From Gammaproteobacteria bacterium (GTDB lineage: Bacteria; Pseudomonadota; Gammaproteobacteria; JAJDYQ01), in assembly GCA_028289815.1 (NCBI GenBank), contig JAPYNQ010000078.1:49471-113470 (forward strand): DNA of 64,000 nt, given 5' to 3'. Each line of letters opens with the position of its first letter. Position 1 is the stretch's first letter. A program made the position numbers and the translations under genes. The notes under the pieces are model-generated. The model had not been told where the DNA came from and ran no database searches. It saw only the letters and a list, made by a program, of their open reading frames with translations. This document shows positions 42,251 through 52,037 of the stretch, one piece after another.

Positions 42251-43555
42251 TTATGCTTTTTGCCCGATAACGTCGTAAAAATCTTTTGCGATTTCCGAAA
42301 CATCAACCTGCTCAAGCAAAACATCGACAAGCTGATCTTCCATAATCCGTGCCTCCAGTTTTTGCCTTAAATCCGGGTTATCACGGTAGGCCTGTTCCAC
42401 GGCGTCGGAATTTTCATAAGTCGCGGCAATAGTCCTAGCCTCTGCTGCAAATTTTTCCAGATCTGGCTTGATCCCATTGGTCTGTATGAGCTTTGCAACC
42501 AGCAAACCGAGCCGGACATGGCGGCGCGCCTGATCTTTAAGAATGGACGAGGGCAGGCCCAAGTTGGCATCGCCTTTGGTCCGTCGTTTAATATCTTTCC
42601 GGGTAGTTTGGCGCAATTCTTCAATCTCCTCATCAACCAGTGCGTTTGGAATCTCAATCTGGTTATTTTCCAAGATCCCCTCCATGATCTGTGTTTTGAC
42701 CTTGAAATGAACAGCCTGACTGAGCTCACGCTGCATATTTTTCGCTACTTCCTTCCTGAGCTGCTTCATCCCTCCTTCATCAATCCCATATGCTTTGGCG
42801 AACTCATCATTAAGCTCCGGTAGCTCTGGTTCACTTACGGAATGAACATTCACGACAAATCGTGCGGTTTTACCCGCAACGACTGGCCCGGGATAATCCT
42901 CAGGAAAAGTGACATCGAACACCTTTTCCTCTCCGGCTTTCACACCGACAAGATTATCTTCGAACTCACTTGACATTGAACCGGTACCCAGCACTAGAGA
43001 CATATTTTCAGCTGAACTGCCATCAAATTTCTCATTATTTATCCTGCCTTCAAATGCGATTACCAAGCGATCATCCTTGCGGCTTTCACGGTCCACTTCA
43101 TTCCAGTCAGCCTGCTGCTGGCGCAGTGTCCGAATCATATGATCAATATTTTCCTCGGAGATGGTAGTGACCGGTTTTTCCACCTTGATTTTGTCCAATC
43201 CCTGAATCTCAACTTCGGGGTAAACCTCGAAAGTCACAGTGTATTCTAGGACATTGTCATCCTTCAAATCCCGTGACTGTAGCGCAGGCCGGCTGGCGGG
43301 CCTGATATTCTCTTGCGATAAGGCCTCTATACAGGTGGACTGGATAATATCCTGCACGATCTCGGCCTCGACCTGGACGAGGTACTGTTTTTTAATCATC
43401 CTGAGGGGTGCCTTACCCGGACGAAAGCCCTGCAAGTGCGTGGTTTTAGCAATTGAATGCAATTTTTTATTGACCTTCGATTCAATGCCATTATTGGGAA
43501 CCCTGACTGTCATGCGACGCTCCAGCCCCTGTATTACCTCAACCGTTATTTCCAT
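42251..43555 (-). CDS. tig: Trigger factor
   Basis: [20 protein letters not shown]...GFRPGKAP is the trigger factor N-domain. The start is chosen at 43555 because the longer ORF would overlap tRNA-Leu. Confidence 0.9.
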   Translation of the reverse strand: MEITVEVIQGLERRMTVRVPNNGIESKVNKKLHSIAKTTHLQGFRPGKAPLRMIKKQYLVQVEAEIVQDIIQSTCIEALSQENIRPASRPALQSRDLKDDNVLEYTVTFEVYPEVEIQGLDKIKVEKPVTTISEENIDHMIRTLRQQQADWNEVDRESRKDDRLVIAFEGRINNEKFDGSSAENMSLVLGTGSMSSEFEDNLVGVKAGEEKVFDVTFPEDYPGPVVAGKTARFVVNVHSVSEPELPELNDEFAKAYGIDEGGMKQLRKEVAKNMQRELSQAVHFKVKTQIMEGILENNQIEIPNALVDEEIEELRQTTRKDIKRRTKGDANLGLPSSILKDQARRHVRLGLLVAKLIQTNGIKPDLEKFAAEARTIAATYENSDAVEQAYRDNPDLRQKLEARIMEDQLVDVLLEQVDVSEIAKDFYDVIGQKA

Positions 43556-43588
43556 TCGAGTCCTTGCTCTGTCTCTCTTTGCAATTTT

Positions 43589-43683
<95 letters not shown>

Positions 43684-43785
43684 CCGTAGGATAAAAAAGG
43701 GCTATCGGTATAACCCTGTTACTTTCCCGGTGCATCGGCTATAACCGATATCCAAAAGCCTGATTAAATTCAGAGTCTCACATAT

Positions 43786-43862
43786 TGGGGTGAGTGAAGG
43801 GACTCGAACCCTCGACATCCGGAGCCACAATCCAGTGCTCTACCAGCTGAGCTACACCCACC
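43786..43862 (-). tRNA. tRNA-His (anticodon GTG)
   Basis: The reverse complement GGTGGGTGTAGCTCAGCTGGTAGAGCACTGGATTGTGGCTCCGGATGTCGAGGGTTCGAGTCCCTTCACTCACCCCA carries the extra 5' G-1 that is characteristic of tRNA-His. Confidence 0.85.
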
Positions 43863-43905
43863 ATCTTGATCGCTTTATCAATGCAGACCACTTACTCATT
43901 TATTT

Positions 43906-43982
<77 letters not shown>

Positions 43983-44106
43983 AAAATTTGTTCCATACAA
44001 TGAGAGAACCCCCGGCCTCGCAACAAAGTTTAGGGTGCTTTCAGGTACTGAACGCCGTAGGGCAAACCAAGGACACTCTGGTTATTTGGAGTCTCCATAA
44101 GTAATC

Positions 44107-44183
44107 TGGTCGGGGCAGAGGGATTTGAACCCTCGACCCTCTGCTCCCAAAGCAGATGCGCTACCAAGCTGCGCCATGCCCCG
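44107..44183 (-). tRNA. tRNA-Pro (anticodon TGG)
   Basis: The reverse complement CGGGGCATGGCGCAGCTTGGTAGCGCATCTGCTTTGGGAGCAGAGGGTCGAGGGTTCAAATCCCTCTGCCCCGACCA. Confidence 0.85.
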
Positions 44184-44295
44184 ATTCTCTGATGAATCGA
44201 TCAGAATTCATCCGAGGAGCAGGATAATACGGACATAGTGTATCAGGGTCAATGCGAAAAAGCCGGCTACCGTGAGGCTGATCGCTATCGGACAT

Positions 44296-45093
44296 TTAAT
44301 CATCAGTCGCAAAAAAATCACTTAGATGGCGGATATAACTCTCTGCGTCATGGATATCGTTATGCTTTGCCCGTGGAATTGTGATTTTTGTGCCCCACGG
44401 AGAGGGTATTGCCCGGGCTAAATTTTCGGCATGAACGGGAGGAATTGTCCGATCCCGTTCAGCTATCAGAATAAGCGTTGGGTTACGGATTTTCGACGCT
44501 ATTGACAGGCTGTCGTAATGATCACGCAGCATTATGGTTATGGGATATACCGGGTATTGTCTTTCAGCGACTTTGAGGATGCTGTCATAGGGTGTGATGA
44601 GTGCCAGACGATCAATTTTTCTTTCAACAGCCAGATACAGAGCAACACCTGTTCCCAAGCTGCGACCAATCGCCGATATGGATAAATGTTGCTTTTTGAC
44701 ATAGTCGTAAACATTTAGTGCATCTTTGAATATACCGGACTGAGAAGGCTTGCCCGTGCTGCCGCCGTAGCCGCGGTAATTAACCGCGTAAACTGTGTGA
44801 TTGGGCACGATCACGTTGATCGAATCCAGCGATGGCTCAAGGTCTTCGGAGTTGCCTCCGAAATAAATAATGGCCTGTTCGTGTCCCGGATTGGCCTTCC
44901 AGATTTTTAGCGAAACGTCATCGGATCGTAGGCGAAGGCTTTCAAAGCGGCTGTCAGTCCTTTCAGCTGTTGGATAATATAACAGGCTGTCTTGGGCCAG
45001 ATACAGCACCACACCGAATCCGGCATAGGCCGCAAGTGCTATGGCAAGACCAGAGAGCATGATTCTTTTGGGAATTATATACTTGCTACTCAA
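44296..45093 (-). CDS. Alpha/beta hydrolase fold protein (membrane-anchored, serine hydrolase)
   Basis: It has an N-terminal TM helix and the nucleophile elbow GRSLGTG within an alpha/beta-hydrolase length and pattern. Confidence 0.7.
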   Translation of the reverse strand: MSSKYIIPKRIMLSGLAIALAAYAGFGVVLYLAQDSLLYYPTAERTDSRFESLRLRSDDVSLKIWKANPGHEQAIIYFGGNSEDLEPSLDSINVIVPNHTVYAVNYRGYGGSTGKPSQSGIFKDALNVYDYVKKQHLSISAIGRSLGTGVALYLAVERKIDRLALITPYDSILKVAERQYPVYPITIMLRDHYDSLSIASKIRNPTLILIAERDRTIPPVHAENLARAIPSPWGTKITIPRAKHNDIHDAESYIRHLSDFFATDD

Positions 45094-46403
45094 ATATCAA
45101 TTTGACGCTTCACAGGCCGAATAACCTCGCCACCTCCACGTCTAGCAGCCCTATTCCCGAGAACCGACCAGCCATAATGACTGGATTTTCTACTTAAATC
45201 TTCTACGTGTGTAGAGATCAGCATCATTTTAGCAGCTATATGTAGTTTGTCAAACATCTTCGGTATTAAGTATGTAATTCCCATTTTTTAATCTATCTCG
45301 AATAATCACATCAGCCGATCATTTCCGGGCACCATGAAGGATCTGAAAACAGCCGCAGAGGAACCTCAACAGGCATTTTCGACAGACAGATTTTCTGCTG
45401 CATAAAACTTTTCCGTCTTGATTGTCGATGTGTCTGGTTAACGGACGGTCTACCGGCCAAGTAGAAAAGGGATGATGCAAATCATTCATCTGAACAGCTT
45501 ATCAAGCCATGCCACAAATTTCCCGCAAAGCTGCTTGTTACAGCTAAGACCTCTCGAACTGATGGCAGGTCTAAGTAAGCCCCGGTTTTTTTGAGTGGCC
45601 AGCCAGGCAAATTTTGGCCTTTGTTACTTTAATTGAACGGAAATCTTCGACCATCAGCCATAATATCGTTGATATACTCTCAGGCTTGGGCCAAGCCGGG
45701 TCCCGGGGAGCGATCATCTGCCAGATAAAATCCTCCGGCCTTCTGGATGACTGGTTGTCTGGCATCAGCCAGATTCTAACTCTGAAGGTCCCGCCAGTAG
45801 CAATCGTGCCATCTTTAGAGGGATTTGCTGGTGCTTTGGTTCCAATCTGCCTGTATCGTCGCTATCTGACTTCAGTGTTCTGTTCGGCAGCGGTGGCCAG
45901 TTCCTGATCTGAGTACTCAATCGCCTGTATTGATCCGTTCCGACGTTCAAGACGAATGAGCATGCTCTGGTACTGTTTCTTATCCTTGCAGGCGAGGGCA
46001 AAGCCTCATGTACAATCCCAGTCGTACGTGGTAGCCAGTATCTGGACATTATTGTCGCGAGTAACGAATGGTGAATACCATTTTCAGTCTCGTCAATTGC
46101 CATACCAAAAAGCCGGATTGCGGCGTTATCTAGGGTTCCTGAGCGGAACCGGTTTTTCGTGGGAGGAAAGTTTGACATCCACGCGACGGTCTCTTCGACC
46201 ACGGGGATTTCCCACCATTGCCACTCGCTCGACAGATCTGTTTGAACCTGCCAGTGTCAGGTCCAGAATTTTGATTATCCGGTCAACGCAACTTTATCCC
46301 AGTATGTCGCCAAATCATTGTTACCCAACAGGCCGTGGCCCAGAGTTTCACATCGCATTTCCAAGGCGGAAGACTGTTCACGAAACCGCTGTAGATAGCG
46401 AAG

Positions 46404-46895
46404 CTCATGGCCCAAAAAATAAGTTATCCGGGTTGTCCGATGGATCAATCAGATACAGGATGAAGTGCTCTTTTTCTACAAAAAAGGTTTTGATTCCCAG
46501 TATCTTGCCTTCTTCTGGGGCAACAGAAAATCGTTCCATTAGCCGTGCAGTAAATTCTTTATCGGGTTCTGCTACCTTAATCGTGATTTAGGTGGATTTG
46601 CTATCTTTGCATCCGGCTTCCATGAAGATGTCTTTCTTAATTTCTCTCTCGAAAAAAACAGACCGGATAGATCTACACCAATGAATTTATCACTGTCCTC
46701 GTCTGTGCCAGTGGCATACTTTTCGTGTTTTTGCCCTAAATCCCATAATACGGAATAGTGCCCTCGGGCGGCGTAGATATGGCAAGTCTCCAAAATCATC
46801 GTCTTGCCTACGCTATTTTTACTGGCCAGCAGGTCAACCTGACTCAGGCGTAAAAATATGAAGCGACTTAATTTCACGAAAGCCATTGATAGCAA
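46404..46895 (-). pseudogene. Frameshifted remnant of a P-loop ATPase gene (degenerate Walker A)
   Basis: One minus-strand frame (46572..46895) reads MLSMAFVKLSRFIFLRLSQVDLLASKNSVGKTMILE.... Its pattern, [VI]KL..F..L..V.L....N.VGKT.ILE, resembles the N-terminus of AAA_15/21-type (OLD/Abi-like) ATPases. Translation continues in another frame (46404..46587: ITIKVAEPDKEFTARLMERFSVAPEEGKILGIKTFFVEKEHFILYLIDPSDNPDNLFFGP*). Confidence 0.35.
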
Positions 46896-47070
46896 GATTC
46901 AGCAGGTGCGGGTGTTGGTATTTTTTGTCTTGGACATCGTCGATAAACGATAGAAATTTCAGTTTGTGCAAACAATAAAAAATCAGTCAACGGATTGAAT
47001 AAAGTTCCTCGTGCCTTTACTCTTGAATATCATATAGTACTAAATGAATTGAGCGAGGTGAACCACTTCT

Positions 47071-47991
47071 TCATACCGTCGTTTCCAGTAGCAGAAGTTC
47101 CATGAGTGCCTTTTGTGAATGCAGCCGGTTTTCTGCTTCATCCCAGACCACGCTTTGTGGGCCATCAATCACGTCTGCGGTTACTTCTTCACCACGATGT
47201 GACGGCAGGCAATGCATGAAAAGCGCGTCTTTATCTGCGGCTTTCATTATGTCAGCATCAATCTGATAAGGCTTAAATACACTGGCGCGATTATTTTGTT
47301 CGCTTTCCTGTCCCATGCTGGCCCATACGTCTGTTACCAGCAGCTGGACCCCGCTGGTAGCCTCCATAAGATCTCTGGTAACCCCGGCATTTTTACCTGC
47401 TGACTGCAGAATAGTGGTATCCGGATCATAATTTTCCGGGCAGGCGATGTTTAGCCTGAAATCCAATAGCCGGGCGGCATGTATCCATGAATGACACATA
47501 TTGTTGCCATCTCCGACATAGGCGACCGTAATTCCGCGTATGTCGCCCCGATGTTCAAGCCAAGTTTGCAAGTCCGCCAAGAGTTGGCAGGGATGTTCCC
47601 GATCAGTCAGGCCGTTAATTACCGGGACCGAAGAATACTTGGCAAGTCGGGTGATTTTTTCATGCTCAAATGTTCTTGCCATAATGATATCTACCATGCT
47701 GGAAAGTACGCGGGCAGTATCTTCTATGGGTTCGCCACGCCCCAGTTGTGTATCGCGGGGCGACAGGAAGATTGCGCTGCCACCGAGTTGAGTTATACCG
47801 GCTTCAAAAGAGACCCGGGTACGGGTGGATGATTTTTCAAACAACATGGCGAGTATGCGATTTTTCAGGGTTTGCTGGGCCTGATGATTTTGCTGTAGTT
47901 GTTTAAGCCTGATTGCACGGTTTAGCAGGCCTGTGAGTTCATCGGCAGATAAGTCTGGCAATGATAGAAAATGACGAGGCCGGTCCATCAT
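47071..47991 (-). CDS. argF: Ornithine carbamoyltransferase
   Basis: It has the carbamoyl-phosphate binding motif STRTR and the HCLP motif, at 306 aa. Confidence 0.9.
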   Translation of the reverse strand: MMDRPRHFLSLPDLSADELTGLLNRAIRLKQLQQNHQAQQTLKNRILAMLFEKSSTRTRVSFEAGITQLGGSAIFLSPRDTQLGRGEPIEDTARVLSSMVDIIMARTFEHEKITRLAKYSSVPVINGLTDREHPCQLLADLQTWLEHRGDIRGITVAYVGDGNNMCHSWIHAARLLDFRLNIACPENYDPDTTILQSAGKNAGVTRDLMEATSGVQLLVTDVWASMGQESEQNNRASVFKPYQIDADIMKAADKDALFMHCLPSHRGEEVTADVIDGPQSVVWDEAENRLHSQKALMELLLLETTV

Positions 47992-49178
47992 GTGCCGTCT
48001 CTGTTTTCAGACAGGAAAGCCCTGATTAATTCGCTGACTGTGTCAACGATGGTATCAGCCATCTGCCGGTCAATAATCAGAGGTGGTAACAGGCGCACAC
48101 GGTTGCCGCCGGTTACGTTGATTAACAGCTTTTTGTCCAGTGCCCTGCCGACAAGCTCAGTGCAATTCATGCTTAGCTCAATACCCAGCATTAGCCCCTT
48201 GCCGCGGATATCAATAACGCCTTCGACACCAGCCAGATATCGCTTGAATCCATCCAGCATGTGCTGGCCTAGAGTGCCGGCATGATTCGGCAGATCATCG
48301 GCGGAAACCGTATCAAGGACTGCCAGTGCCGCAGAACACGCCAGTGGATTACCGCCAAAGGTGGAACCGTGGGTGCCGGGGGTCAGGGTCTGCGCCGCAG
48401 CCCCTCGTGCAATACATGCACTGATCGGCACACCATTGCCCAATGCCTTTGCCAGTGTCAGCACGTCAGGCACAATGTCATTATGCTGATAGGCAAACCA
48501 TTTGCCCGTGCGACCGATACCGGTTTGGATTTCATCCAGCATTAACAGCCATTCCTGTTCATCACAAACGGTACGTAATTCGTTTAGGTAATTGTCTGCG
48601 GGTACATTGATGCCTGCCTCTCCCTGGATTGGTTCGACCAGAATAGCGACTGTATCAGGTCTGTTGGCGGCGATGTATTCAATGGCACCAATATCGTTGT
48701 AGGGTACGCGCATAAAGCCCTGTACCAGCGGTTCAAAGCCGGCCTGTGCTTTACGATTGCCCGTTGCGCTTAATGTTGCCATGGTGCGCCCATGAAAACT
48801 GTTTTCCATGACAATAACAGCCGGATTATCAATGCCCCTGTTATGCCCATACAGGCGGGCCAGCTTGATGGCGGTTTCATTGGCTTCTGCCCCGGAATTA
48901 CTGAAAAATACACTATCCATGCCGCTCAATGCCACCAGCCTGTCGGCAAGTTGCTGCTGAGTGTCTATCCCGTATAGATTAGAGGTATGAAGTAACTTGC
49001 CGGCTTGATCAGCAATTGCCTGCTGAACGGTAGGATGAGCGTGTCCCAAGCCGCATACTGCAATGCCACCCAAGGCATCCAGATACGGCTGGTCATCAGT
49101 ATCGAACAATATCGCACCCCTGCCACGGGAAAAGGCAACAGGTAAGCGCCGATAGGTTGACATGAGTGTGCTGGACAT
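47988..49178 (-). CDS. argD: Acetylornithine aminotransferase (class III PLP aminotransferase)
   Basis: The motifs [19 protein letters not shown] (PLP-Lys region) and [12 protein letters not shown] are present. It overlaps argF by 4 nt. Confidence 0.9.
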   Translation of the reverse strand: MSSTLMSTYRRLPVAFSRGRGAILFDTDDQPYLDALGGIAVCGLGHAHPTVQQAIADQAGKLLHTSNLYGIDTQQQLADRLVALSGMDSVFFSNSGAEANETAIKLARLYGHNRGIDNPAVIVMENSFHGRTMATLSATGNRKAQAGFEPLVQGFMRVPYNDIGAIEYIAANRPDTVAILVEPIQGEAGINVPADNYLNELRTVCDEQEWLLMLDEIQTGIGRTGKWFAYQHNDIVPDVLTLAKALGNGVPISACIARGAAAQTLTPGTHGSTFGGNPLACSAALAVLDTVSADDLPNHAGTLGQHMLDGFKRYLAGVEGVIDIRGKGLMLGIELSMNCTELVGRALDKKLLINVTGGNRVRLLPPLIIDRQMADTIVDTVSELIRAFLSENRDGT

Positions 49179-49292
49179 TGAAAAAACGGGCTAAAAATAA
49201 AAAGGCAGCATCAACGAGACGCTGCCTGATAGAAATCAAAGACGGTATTGTGCTGAAAAGTTACACAATGACAAGGCTTGAAAATAAAAAAA

Positions 49293-49315
49293 CCCGGTCA
49301 CCTGACCGGGTTTTT
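49293..49315. terminator. Rho-independent terminator-like hairpin, bidirectional
   Basis: CCCGGTCAcctgACCGGG is an 8-bp stem. It is followed by TTTTT on the plus strand and preceded by AAAAAAA (the T-run on the minus strand). It lies between the PuuD-like gene and argD. Confidence 0.6.
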
Positions 49316-49334
49316 CAGAGACTTGGCCGGCTAC

Positions 49335-49934
49335 CTAAAATGGCAGGCCGTGCCCGTGCGCCGTCATACCCAACAGCATCGGAATAGATAGCATGGTGTT
49401 GACGCGAGAGGCGGTACCGGCAATTGCCTTGGCTTTGGCCTTTTCTTCGTCAGATGCCTCAACAATGCCGAGCACTTTCTTCTGGTTAGGCCAGATCAAC
49501 CCCCAAACGTTGAACAGCATGATAGTACCCATCCATGCACCCATACCGATAATGGCTAACCCGTCAGAAAATGTGAAAGCCGCGACAAAACCGGAACCCT
49601 CGGCGGGATGCAGAAATTCCAGCGCTGCTGCGCCGGTCAGCCACGTAACCAATGCTGCCCAGCGAAACCAGAGCAGGGCGCGCGGTGCGACATATTTGCC
49701 GATAGCCGCCGGTCCTGGACCATCAGAGTCGGCCAAGCCGGCGGCCATGGCCTGTACCTGCACAAAGTTGAAGTAGTACAGCAGACCGATCCAGATAATA
49801 CCAACAAAAACATGAATCCAGACTACGATTTCCCAAAGATTGATGCCCTTACCGCCGCCGAGCATGAAAGTAAAAATAATTGCCAGTATCAAGCCAGATA
49901 CCAACGTTCCCGTTACTGTTTTCAAAGGATTCAT
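49335..49934 (-). CDS. Polytopic membrane protein resembling the N-terminal membrane domain of urate hydroxylase PuuD (Urate_ox_N-like)
   Basis: It is a five-TM protein (IHVFVGIIWIGLLYYFNFVQ). The start is chosen at MNPLK (49934), preceded by GGAGA. Confidence 0.5.
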   Translation of the reverse strand: MNPLKTVTGTLVSGLILAIIFTFMLGGGKGINLWEIVVWIHVFVGIIWIGLLYYFNFVQVQAMAAGLADSDGPGPAAIGKYVAPRALLWFRWAALVTWLTGAAALEFLHPAEGSGFVAAFTFSDGLAIIGMGAWMGTIMLFNVWGLIWPNQKKVLGIVEASDEEKAKAKAIAGTASRVNTMLSIPMLLGMTAHGHGLPF

Positions 49935-50128
49935 AAGTTTCTCCATAGTTGTGAGCAAAGCTCTGTTTAAGTATTTTAGGTTGTTTAAAGTCTGGCTGCC
50001 TCTAGCAGAGGCGTAGCATAGGCCCAAGTCTGGGAGAAATCAAGGTCATGTACGAGTTCACCGCAAGCTGTGCTTTTGATTATGGCTGCTATTACACTGT
50101 ACGGGGGGCGTAATTCCAGTCCTTTATA

Positions 50129-50380
50129 GTGCCGAATGTTGTTATATGGACCCAACCAAATCGGTCAGTTTTTCGTTGAACCGTTCCAGGCCGATGAACA
50201 GCAAGCCCTCACGGAAACCCGCGAACTGCTGCCGGATAATCCGGTTAAAGAGATCACCGATCATATGTAGTATGTATCTTGGAGGGTTTCGAGACAGGTT
50301 CGCAGGAAGACGAACCGGTTATTTTGAATCAGGCAGCTGAACTCGCTGGCCGATTGTTGCAGTACAACAACATTCGGCAC
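50129..50380. repeat. 15-bp perfect inverted repeat pair (GTGCCGAATGTTGTT / AACAACATTCGGCAC) flanking about 220 bp that contains a 45-aa ORF
   Basis: The arms are at 50129-50143 and 50366-50380 and are exact reverse complements. The enclosed ORF (about 50134..50271, +) is MLLYGPNQIGQFFVEPFQADEQQALTETRELLPDNPVKEITDHM. Confidence 0.5.
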
Positions 50381-50551
50381 CATATAAGGACTGGTACTAC
50401 AGACCCCGATACGGTACATTATCGGCGATAGAAAAGTGCGATATGGAGCGTACTCGTACAGCCCAAGGGTTTTTTTATTGTTATTGATGTGGGAAATTCC
50501 GGTTTAGCTGGAGTTTCCTTTATGTGACGATTTATACCAAGGAGAAATCAG

Positions 50552-51019
50552 ATGAAATCAGTACATATACCACTGTCGCTACTGCGGATTCTAGGTGTTT
50601 GCGCGTTACTCGTTTTACCGGTCCCATCCGGGGCCGATGAAGCCGAGAATCAGATCAAATATAGGCAGGCAGTGATGAAGGCTATCGGCGGTCATATGGG
50701 CGCTTCTTCCTTGATCGTTCGTGGCAAGGTCTCGCATAGAGATCAATTGAAGGTGCATGCCAACGGGTTGCTGTCGCTTTCGCGGGATATTGCCGGGTTG
50801 TTTCCTGAGGGTTCTGATTTCGGCGAGACTGAGGCTAGGGAGATCATCTGGGAGAAATGGGATGATTTCAGGAAGGCTGCCGATGAGTCAAAAGCCGGTA
50901 TTGAGAATTTTGTCAGGGTCGTCGAAACTGGCGGTGATAGTGATCTGGCAGCCGCCTTTAGGAGGGTCGGTAAGGGCTGCAGGGGTTGTCACGAAGATTT
51001 CCGTCAGAAGGACGAATAG
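50552..51019 (+). CDS. Cytochrome c' (class II c-type cytochrome)
   Basis: It has a signal peptide, a four-helix-bundle length, and a single C-terminal haem site CRGCHE. Confidence 0.8.
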   Translation: MKSVHIPLSLLRILGVCALLVLPVPSGADEAENQIKYRQAVMKAIGGHMGASSLIVRGKVSHRDQLKVHANGLLSLSRDIAGLFPEGSDFGETEAREIIWEKWDDFRKAADESKAGIENFVRVVETGGDSDLAAAFRRVGKGCRGCHEDFRQKDE

Positions 51020-51028
51020 TCTTCCGAT

Positions 51029-51871
51029 ATGTGCCGATGGATTCCTATCCTGCTGCTGTTGCTGGCGGCTGGGCCGCTGCGGGCAGATGATGTCCTGATT
51101 AGAAAAGGCGAGTATCTGGTGCGCGCTGCCGGTTGTGTTTCCTGTCATACCGATCACGAGAACGATGGGCCTTTTCTGGCTGGTGGTCGGGCATTGGTGA
51201 CGCCCTTCGGCACGTTTTATTCGCCGAATATCACGTCGCACCCGCAACATGGTATCGGTCGGTGGTCAGACGACGATTTTTTGCGGGCACTGCGTGATGG
51301 TGTTGCGCCTGACGGTAGTCACTATTATCCGGTGTTTCCCTATACCTCTTACACTCAGCTGAAGGATGACGATATCAGGTTAATGGCCGCCTATCTGCGT
51401 ACGGTAAGGCCTGCTGTTACCGATGTTCGTGAACATGAACTGCCTTGGTACCTGTTTCGTCGGATGATGGCTGTTTGGAAATGGCTGTTCTTCGAGCCGA
51501 CTGAATTTGCTGAAATGCCTACCGGAAGTGCGGAACATAACCGTGGTGCCTATCTGGTCGTGATCGGTCATTGTTCGGAGTGTCATACGCCACGCAATCG
51601 CTTCGGTGCACTTGATGTAACACGCTATCTGGTCGGTGCGAGAAGTGGTATCGGAGACGAGTTGGTACCGAATATCACGCCGGACCGCAGCGCCGGTATC
51701 GGTAAGTGGTCGAAGGATGATCTGACCTATTTTCTGGCAACCGGTGCATTGCCGGACGGTGACTATGTAGGCAGCTCGATGGCCGAAGTGATTGATGATA
51801 GCACCAGTCATCTTAACAGCGCGGATCTACAAGCCATGGCGGTTTACCTGAAGAGTCTGCCGGCTATGTGA
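51029..51871 (+). CDS. Dihaem c-type cytochrome
   Basis: It has a signal peptide and two CXXCH motifs (CVSCH, CSECH), about 140 aa apart. Confidence 0.8.
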   Translation: MCRWIPILLLLLAAGPLRADDVLIRKGEYLVRAAGCVSCHTDHENDGPFLAGGRALVTPFGTFYSPNITSHPQHGIGRWSDDDFLRALRDGVAPDGSHYYPVFPYTSYTQLKDDDIRLMAAYLRTVRPAVTDVREHELPWYLFRRMMAVWKWLFFEPTEFAEMPTGSAEHNRGAYLVVIGHCSECHTPRNRFGALDVTRYLVGARSGIGDELVPNITPDRSAGIGKWSKDDLTYFLATGALPDGDYVGSSMAEVIDDSTSHLNSADLQAMAVYLKSLPAM

Positions 51872-52037
51872 TTCCAGATCATTCTGAAAATTCAGATCAG
51901 CCAGGTATTTGATTGTGTCGCTAAAAATCGACACAAATTACGCAGTGGTCGGAAAATTAATGATGGTAACGGGGTAAAACTTTTTCCGATGCTTTGCGCG
52001 TGACCACATATCTCTTTAGACTTCGTATATCCAACGA

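Noticed and set aside
45090-45284. 64-aa minus-strand ORF overlapping the alpha/beta hydrolase start by 4 nt
   Set aside because: Its Arg/Gly-rich tail has no motifs. The overlap could be chance, and it cannot be supported as a gene.
51913-51936. 8-bp stem hairpin (TTGTGTCGctaaaaatCGACACAA) after the dihaem cytochrome gene
   Set aside because: It has no U-tract after the stem. It may be a weak terminator or a protein-binding palindrome; the evidence is insufficient.
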